In this document: in pieces, positions 59,336-64,000 of the stretch
Layout: every line of letters starts with the position of its first letter
Numbering within the stretch: position 1 is the first letter of the stretch
Notes under the pieces: generated by a model
Told to the model about the DNA's origin: nothing
The model's input: the letters and a program-made list of their open reading frames with translations, nothing else
The model's database searches: none
Program-made: the position numbers and the translations under genes
NCBI GenBank assembly: GCA_018664485.1
Contig: JABJOE010000006.1
Span: 7,294 to 71,293, forward strand
DNA from: Candidatus Uhrbacteria bacterium
Lineage (GTDB): Bacteria; Patescibacteriota; Patescibacteriia; UBA9934
Length of the DNA: 64,000 nt
Direction: 5' to 3'

Positions 59336-59773
59336 TTATGCTTCGATTGTACCACCTGCGGCAGTAATCTTCTCAGCGGCTGACTTTGATACTGAACATC
59401 CTTTTACGGAAACAGTAATTGAGATCTCCCCTTCTCCCAAAATCTTAGCCCCCTTGAGGATAGTTGGGATAAGTCCCTTTTGCTTAAGCGTTCGAGGTGA
59501 AACCACCTCATCTTTAATATAATTTTCAGCAATAACACCAACATTTACCGTTTCAGCTTCTACATGTGGTGATTTGAATCCACGCAATTTAGGCGTAGAA
59601 AGAATCAAACGTCGAAGTCCACGGCGCTTGAATCCAGATGATCCAGAACGAGACTTCTGACCTTTTTGACCACGACCAGAGGTAGTCCCGCGAGATGCCA
59701 AACCACGACCAAGGCGTTTTTTTCCTTTCGCTCTACCCTTTGATGGAGTTAGGTTGTCCAATGAAATTGACAT
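59336..59773 (-). CDS. rplO: 50S ribosomal protein uL15
   Basis: RLGRG...G.T.GRGQKGQKSRSG, PKLRGF. Confidence 0.96.
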   Translation of the reverse strand: MSISLDNLTPSKGRAKGKKRLGRGLASRGTTSGRGQKGQKSRSGSSGFKRRGLRRLILSTPKLRGFKSPHVEAETVNVGVIAENYIKDEVVSPRTLKQKGLIPTILKGAKILGEGEISITVSVKGCSVSKSAAEKITAAGGTIEA

Positions 59774-59776
59774 AGG

Positions 59777-60388
59777 CTATGCAGCTTGTTTTTCTTTGGT
59801 TTCAGTTTTCTTTGGTACCTCTTTCTTTTCATCCTTTTTCTTCCCAGTACCTTTCTTTGCCTCTACCTCTTTAACACTCTTAAGAGTTCGCAATGCAGCA
59901 AATGTTGCTTTTGCATTGTTGATCTTGTTACTTGATCCAAGAATCTTAGTAACAGCGTTTGGAACTCCACCAAGCTCTAGCACCATACGTACAGCTCCAC
60001 CAGACTTAAGTCCTGTACCCTTTGGAGCAGGCTTCAAGATGATCTTAGCAGCTCCGAACTTCATACGAACCTCGTGTGGAACAGTCTCTTCGATCAAAGG
60101 GATGTGAACCAAGTTCTTTTTTGCCTTTCGGAACGCTTTTTCAATTGACATAGCAACGTCAGCCCCTTTGGCAACGCCCATACCAACACGCCCTTTACGG
60201 TCACCAATAATCAAACAAGTTCGGAATCGCATTCGCTTTCCACCCTTTGTAACACGTGTAACTCGAGCCAACTCCAAAATCTTCTGCTCGAACTCTCGTG
60301 GTTCTCGCTTCTGATCTCGGCGTCGACCACGACCACGTGGCTTACGCATCTGACCTTTATTAGAGCTATTTTGTTGATCGTTATTCAT
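59777..60388 (-). CDS. rpsE: 30S ribosomal protein uS5
   Basis: RVTRVTKGGKRMRF, LKPAPKGTG, LGSSN. Confidence 0.97.
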   Translation of the reverse strand: MNNDQQNSSNKGQMRKPRGRGRRRDQKREPREFEQKILELARVTRVTKGGKRMRFRTCLIIGDRKGRVGMGVAKGADVAMSIEKAFRKAKKNLVHIPLIEETVPHEVRMKFGAAKIILKPAPKGTGLKSGGAVRMVLELGGVPNAVTKILGSSNKINNAKATFAALRTLKSVKEVEAKKGTGKKKDEKKEVPKKTETKEKQAA

Positions 60389-60391
60389 ATA

Positions 60392-60751
60392 CTAAAACTT
60401 CAAACCTCCTTCACGAGCAGCTTCGGCAAGAGCCTTAACACGACCATGATAAAGGTATGGACCGCGATCAAACACAACCACCGTTACTCCAGCAGCTTGT
60501 GCTTTCTTAGCAATATCAGCCCCAACAAGTGCCGCTACCTCTACAGGCTTCTTTCCGGCAGCGTCAACATGGCTGTCAGATGTAGCTACAAGTGTTTTTC
60601 CGGCAACGTCATCAATCATCTGAACTGAAATATGACGCAAAGAACGGTGCACAGACAAGCGAGGTCGCTCTGCTGTACCCTGTACCTTCATTCGCACTCG
60701 CTTTGCCCGTCGCTTCAAGCGCTCGTTTTTATCTTTCATTTTATCAGACAT
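60392..60751 (-). CDS. rplR: 50S ribosomal protein uL18
   Basis: [32 protein letters not shown]. Confidence 0.97.
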   Translation of the reverse strand: MSDKMKDKNERLKRRAKRVRMKVQGTAERPRLSVHRSLRHISVQMIDDVAGKTLVATSDSHVDAAGKKPVEVAALVGADIAKKAQAAGVTVVVFDRGPYLYHGRVKALAEAAREGGLKF

Positions 60752-60754
60752 ATA

Positions 60755-61303
60755 CTATTCGGTCTTTGCAGCCTTACCTGCCTTTCGGCGGATGACTTCA
60801 TCGGTGTATCGGAAACCTTTACCCTTGTATGGTTCCGGCTTCTTAAACGCCCGAATCTCTGCCGATGTTTGACCAACACGCTGTCGATCGATACCGGAAA
60901 TAGTCAAAATATTGTTTTCAATTGTTGCAACGATACCCTCTGGAAGGTTGTATTCAATTTCGTGTGAAAATCCTAATCGCATTTTCAACAACGATCCCTT
61001 AACTTCCATCTTGAATCCAACTCCATTGAGTTCTAAAGACTTAGACCAACCAGTTGTCACACCAGCAATCATGTTAGTAAGCAATGCACGGGTAGTCCCC
61101 CACATAGCTGACTGCTCTTCAGTTTCAATAGTAACTGCGAGAACATCTGCTCCCTCATCCGTTTTTCGTTGTTCTGCAACAACACCAGAGACAAGCTTCA
61201 TTGATAGCTCACCCTTTGGTCCTTTGATAGCAACATCACCACCGTCGATGGTAACAATCACTCCTTCAGGAACGGGAATAAGTGTCTTTCCAATACGAGA
61301 CAT
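60755..61303 (-). CDS. rplF: 50S ribosomal protein uL6
   Basis: MSRIGK, KGPKGEL, PEPYKGKG. Confidence 0.97.
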   Translation of the reverse strand: MSRIGKTLIPVPEGVIVTIDGGDVAIKGPKGELSMKLVSGVVAEQRKTDEGADVLAVTIETEEQSAMWGTTRALLTNMIAGVTTGWSKSLELNGVGFKMEVKGSLLKMRLGFSHEIEYNLPEGIVATIENNILTISGIDRQRVGQTSAEIRAFKKPEPYKGKGFRYTDEVIRRKAGKAAKTE

Positions 61304-61304
61304 A

Positions 61305-61697
61305 CTAGAAAATTTCGCAAATTACTTCTCCGCCTAAACGGCGCTTTCGTGCCTCACGATTAGTCATCAAGCCATTTGGTGTGGAAATTACAGCCATACC
61401 AAGACCAGATTGCACGCGTGGCAAAGAGTCTGTTTTCACATAGACACGGCGTCCAGGTGTACTAACTCGTTTTATCGAGCTAATCTTATTTCTTCCATCT
61501 TCATAATTAAGCACAACGCGAATCAGCGATCGTTTCGCTTCTTCAACGAGCTCAACTACTCCGACGTACCCCTCTTTCTCGAAGATTTTTGCCAAAGCAA
61601 ACTTTACCTTCGACATTGGGATGTCGACTGTTGTTTTCTTGACCATACCCGCATTACGGATTCTGGTCAGCATGTCTGATATTGGATCTGTCATCAT
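61305..61697 (-). CDS. rpsH: 30S ribosomal protein uS8
   Basis: MMTDPISDMLTRIRNA, RVS.PGRRVY, GGEVIC. Start corrected. Confidence 0.97.
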   Translation of the reverse strand: MMTDPISDMLTRIRNAGMVKKTTVDIPMSKVKFALAKIFEKEGYVGVVELVEEAKRSLIRVVLNYEDGRNKISSIKRVSTPGRRVYVKTDSLPRVQSGLGMAVISTPNGLMTNREARKRRLGGEVICEIF

Positions 61698-61698
61698 A

Positions 61699-61884
61699 CT
61701 ACCAACTTGCTTTTCGAATACCTGGAATTTCGCCTTTGTTTGCCAACTCTCGGAAACAGATTCGGCACAAGCCAAATGCTCTCATGAAGTAACGGTTACG
61801 ACCGCACTTCCAACAGCGATTGACCTGTCGGCTCATAAACTTAGGCGTCTTCTTTGACTTAGCGATTTGATTTGTTGTCGCCAT
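61699..61884 (-). CDS. rpsN: 30S ribosomal protein uS14 (zinc-binding type)
   Basis: NRC.KCGR...[20 protein letters not shown]. Confidence 0.96.
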   Translation of the reverse strand: MATTNQIAKSKKTPKFMSRQVNRCWKCGRNRYFMRAFGLCRICFRELANKGEIPGIRKASW

Positions 61885-61890
61885 ACGAAA

Positions 61891-62427
61891 TTATTTCGTG
61901 AATGGGAAACCGAGCCCCTTAAATAGGGTCAGTCCTTCCTCACGAGAATTTGTTGTTGTGGTTATAACAACCTGTAAACCGTGAAGTGATTCGACCTCGT
62001 TAGCATTGATCTCCGGAAAGGCCGTGTGTTCTTTGAATCCATAGTTGAAGTTTCCGCTTCGATCAATGGACTTTTCACTAATTCCACGGAAGTCGCGGAT
62101 ACGAGGAAAAGCCACATTCACCAATCGGTCAATAAACTCCCACATTCGCTCACCACGAAGAGTCACCATACATCCAACGACAAGATCTTCTCGGATCTTG
62201 AATCCAGCGATAGACTTTCGTGCTTTTGTACGAACAGGCTTCTGTCCTGAAATACGTGTAAGCGTATCTTCGATCACTTCGATGAACTTTGCATCACGCT
62301 TACTTGAGAGGCCTACGTTTAACGTAACCTTCTCGATATGAGCGGCTTGCAAGTCATTCTTGTGACCGTACTGCTCCTTTAGAGCAGCTAGCACAGTCGA
62401 TTTATATGTTTCTTTCAACATCGGCAT
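61891..62427 (-). CDS. rplE: 50S ribosomal protein uL5
   Basis: GQKP..T.ARKSIAGFKIRE, VTLRG, PRIRDFRG. Confidence 0.97.
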   Translation of the reverse strand: MPMLKETYKSTVLAALKEQYGHKNDLQAAHIEKVTLNVGLSSKRDAKFIEVIEDTLTRISGQKPVRTKARKSIAGFKIREDLVVGCMVTLRGERMWEFIDRLVNVAFPRIRDFRGISEKSIDRSGNFNYGFKEHTAFPEINANEVESLHGLQVVITTTTNSREEGLTLFKGLGFPFTK

Positions 62428-62428
62428 A

Positions 62429-62749
62429 TTAAACGTCTAAATCTTCAGTACCTTTTTTGGTTTTTAGAATACGGACTTTTGTACGCTTTCCGTCTTTGTC
62501 GATAAACTTGTATCCAACACGTCCCTCTCCAGTCTTTCCGACTACTCGGACATTGGATGCATTGATAGGTGCTGTGAATTCAACACGCTGTCCTGGCTGA
62601 CCACCTTTTTTCTTCAGGTGCTTAACAGCCTTGTTTACATTTTCAACGACAATTTTACCAACCTTTGGAAAGACCTGTAAAACCTTACCGGTTTTACCCT
62701 TATCTTTACCAGCGGTTACACGTACATTGTCTCCAGCTTTTATCTTCAT
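62429..62749 (-). CDS. rplX: 50S ribosomal protein uL24
   Basis: GD.V.V.AGKDKGK.GKV, API.ASNV. Confidence 0.96.
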   Translation of the reverse strand: MKIKAGDNVRVTAGKDKGKTGKVLQVFPKVGKIVVENVNKAVKHLKKKGGQPGQRVEFTAPINASNVRVVGKTGEGRVGYKFIDKDGKRTKVRILKTKKGTEDLDV

Positions 62750-62750
62750 A

Positions 62751-63122
62751 CTAAAGTACTTCAGGTGCTAGTGAAACAATTTTCGGATACCCCGCTTCTC
62801 GGAGCTCACGTGGAACCGGTCCAAAGATACGTGTTCCTTTTGGTTCCTTGTTTTCACGGTTGATAATTACGCCGGCATTTTCGCTGAAACGAATGTAAGA
62901 ACCGTCCTTTCGACGCATTTCCTTATTCGAACGAACAATAACAACGTGTACGATGTCACTCTTCTTCACATTACTGTGTGGAACAGCTTCCTTAACAACA
63001 GCAGTAACAACGTCTCCAATACGTGCATAACGTTTCTTGTAACCACCAAGAACACGGATGACCTGCATTTTTTTGGCCCCGGTGTTATCGGCAGAAAGCA
63101 TCATTGATCGATGTTGTAGCAT
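62751..63122 (-). CDS. rplN: 50S ribosomal protein uL14
   Basis: [29 protein letters not shown]. Confidence 0.97.
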   Translation of the reverse strand: MLQHRSMMLSADNTGAKKMQVIRVLGGYKKRYARIGDVVTAVVKEAVPHSNVKKSDIVHVVIVRSNKEMRRKDGSYIRFSENAGVIINRENKEPKGTRIFGPVPRELREAGYPKIVSLAPEVL

Positions 63123-63123
63123 A

Positions 63124-63381
63124 CTATGATTGCTTAGTTACAATACGCCATGTCTTTCCCTTTGAAATTGGGCGAGTTTCTTCAATCGTAACCTTATCAC
63201 CAGTTTTTGCCTGATTTTCCGGATCATGAGCCTTAAACTTCTTGCTCTTCGTGAAACGCTTTAGGTACTTTGAGTGCACCACAGTGTTATCAACACGAAC
63301 AACAACCGTCTTGTCCATTTTATCGGACACTACGACACCAATCAGTCGTCGGCGTTTAGATTGTTTCTTCTGATCAGACAT
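63124..63381 (-). CDS. rpsQ: 30S ribosomal protein uS17
   Basis: [26 protein letters not shown]. Confidence 0.97.
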   Translation of the reverse strand: MSDQKKQSKRRRLIGVVVSDKMDKTVVVRVDNTVVHSKYLKRFTKSKKFKAHDPENQAKTGDKVTIEETRPISKGKTWRIVTKQS

Positions 63382-63386
63382 ATAGT

Positions 63387-63602
63387 TTATTCAGTAACCT
63401 TAGCAGGTGCTTCGGCGTTTGAAAGCTGTGAGATACGTGTCATAAGTTGCGCAATGCGCTTACGAGTAACACGAACCTGTCTAACTTCCTTGAGCTGATT
63501 GACGGAAATCTTTAATCGCAAATCATAAAGCTTCGCCTTTTCTTCTGAAAGCATCTTTCCGAGCTCGGTAACGCTCTTTTTGTTCAAATCTTTAAACAAC
63601 AT
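63387..63602 (-). CDS. rpmC: 50S ribosomal protein uL29
   Basis: Position between rplP and rpsQ; L..LR......QL......R..RK.IA...T. Confidence 0.92.
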   Translation of the reverse strand: MLFKDLNKKSVTELGKMLSEEKAKLYDLRLKISVNQLKEVRQVRVTRKRIAQLMTRISQLSNAEAPAKVTE

Positions 63603-63605
63603 AGG

Positions 63606-64000
63606 CTAGATGCGCTTTATGAACTTCGTTTTAAGCGGAAGCTTGTGCATCGCAAGGCGGAAAGCCTCTCGAGCCTGCTCTTCCGTTACACCGTCTATTT
63701 CAAACATGACAGTTCCAGCACGTACAGGTGTCATGAAGTAATCAACTCCACCTTTACCCTTACCCATCGGAGCTTCAGCACCGTGACTTGTAATAGGGTG
63801 ATCGGGGAAAATACGGATCCAAATCTTACCACCACGCTTTACGTAACGAGTCATCGCACGACGCGCTGCCTCAATCTGACGTGACGTAATCCATGATTCC
63901 GTCATCGCCTTTAATCCGTAAGTACCAAAACATATCGTCGTCTTAGAAGTCGCAATGCGATCTCCTTTTGTGCGACGTTTATGCCACTTTCGAAATTTCA
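63606..64000 (-). CDS. rplP: 50S ribosomal protein uL16 (5' end outside the window)
   Basis: FG.YGLKA...[29 protein letters not shown]...MGKGKG; frame open to the window end. Confidence 0.96.
   Translation of the reverse strand, partial: KFRKWHKRRTKGDRIATSKTTICFGTYGLKAMTESWITSRQIEAARRAMTRYVKRGGKIWIRIFPDHPITSHGAEAPMGKGKGGVDYFMTPVRAGTVMFEIDGVTEEQAREAFRLAMHKLPLKTKFIKRI

Overview
Chromosomal segment of a Patescibacteria (CPR) bacterium, probably Parcubacteria/ABY1-like. Supporting signs: no rpmD between rpsE and rplO, a shortened AspRS, largely Shine-Dalgarno-less housekeeping genes, pilin-like fusion proteins and genetic code 11. Housekeeping content: ftsZ (partial), ftsA, dgkA-like, ybeY, yqeY, rpsU, hisS, lepB, LCP, der, pth, dprA, folC, topA, rel, parAB, malic enzyme, three tRNAs, dac, scpAB, glmS, aspS, recO, ruvX, map, adk, secY and the spc/S10 ribosomal block. 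The main accessory feature is a ~15 kb cell-surface locus (3135-18319). It holds two paralogous proteins with a VirB2/TrbC-like membrane module; one is 3450 aa with Ig/IPT domains, Cys-rich repeats, an apparent internal type-IV-pilin-like head and a split vWA domain. Three membrane-anchored acidic Ca-binding-repeat proteins follow. Non-coding signals read from the sequence: a 6S-like rod RNA antisense between ftsA and ftsZ; three diverged copies of a palindromic element with a covarying 5-7-5-7-5 core; a hairpin cluster between tRNA-fMet and a GIY-YIG gene; a terminator-like hairpin formed by two convergent Lys-rich gene ends; and orphan genes with promoter+SD+3' hairpin architecture unlike the host core genes. 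All family calls are by eye; no searches were run.
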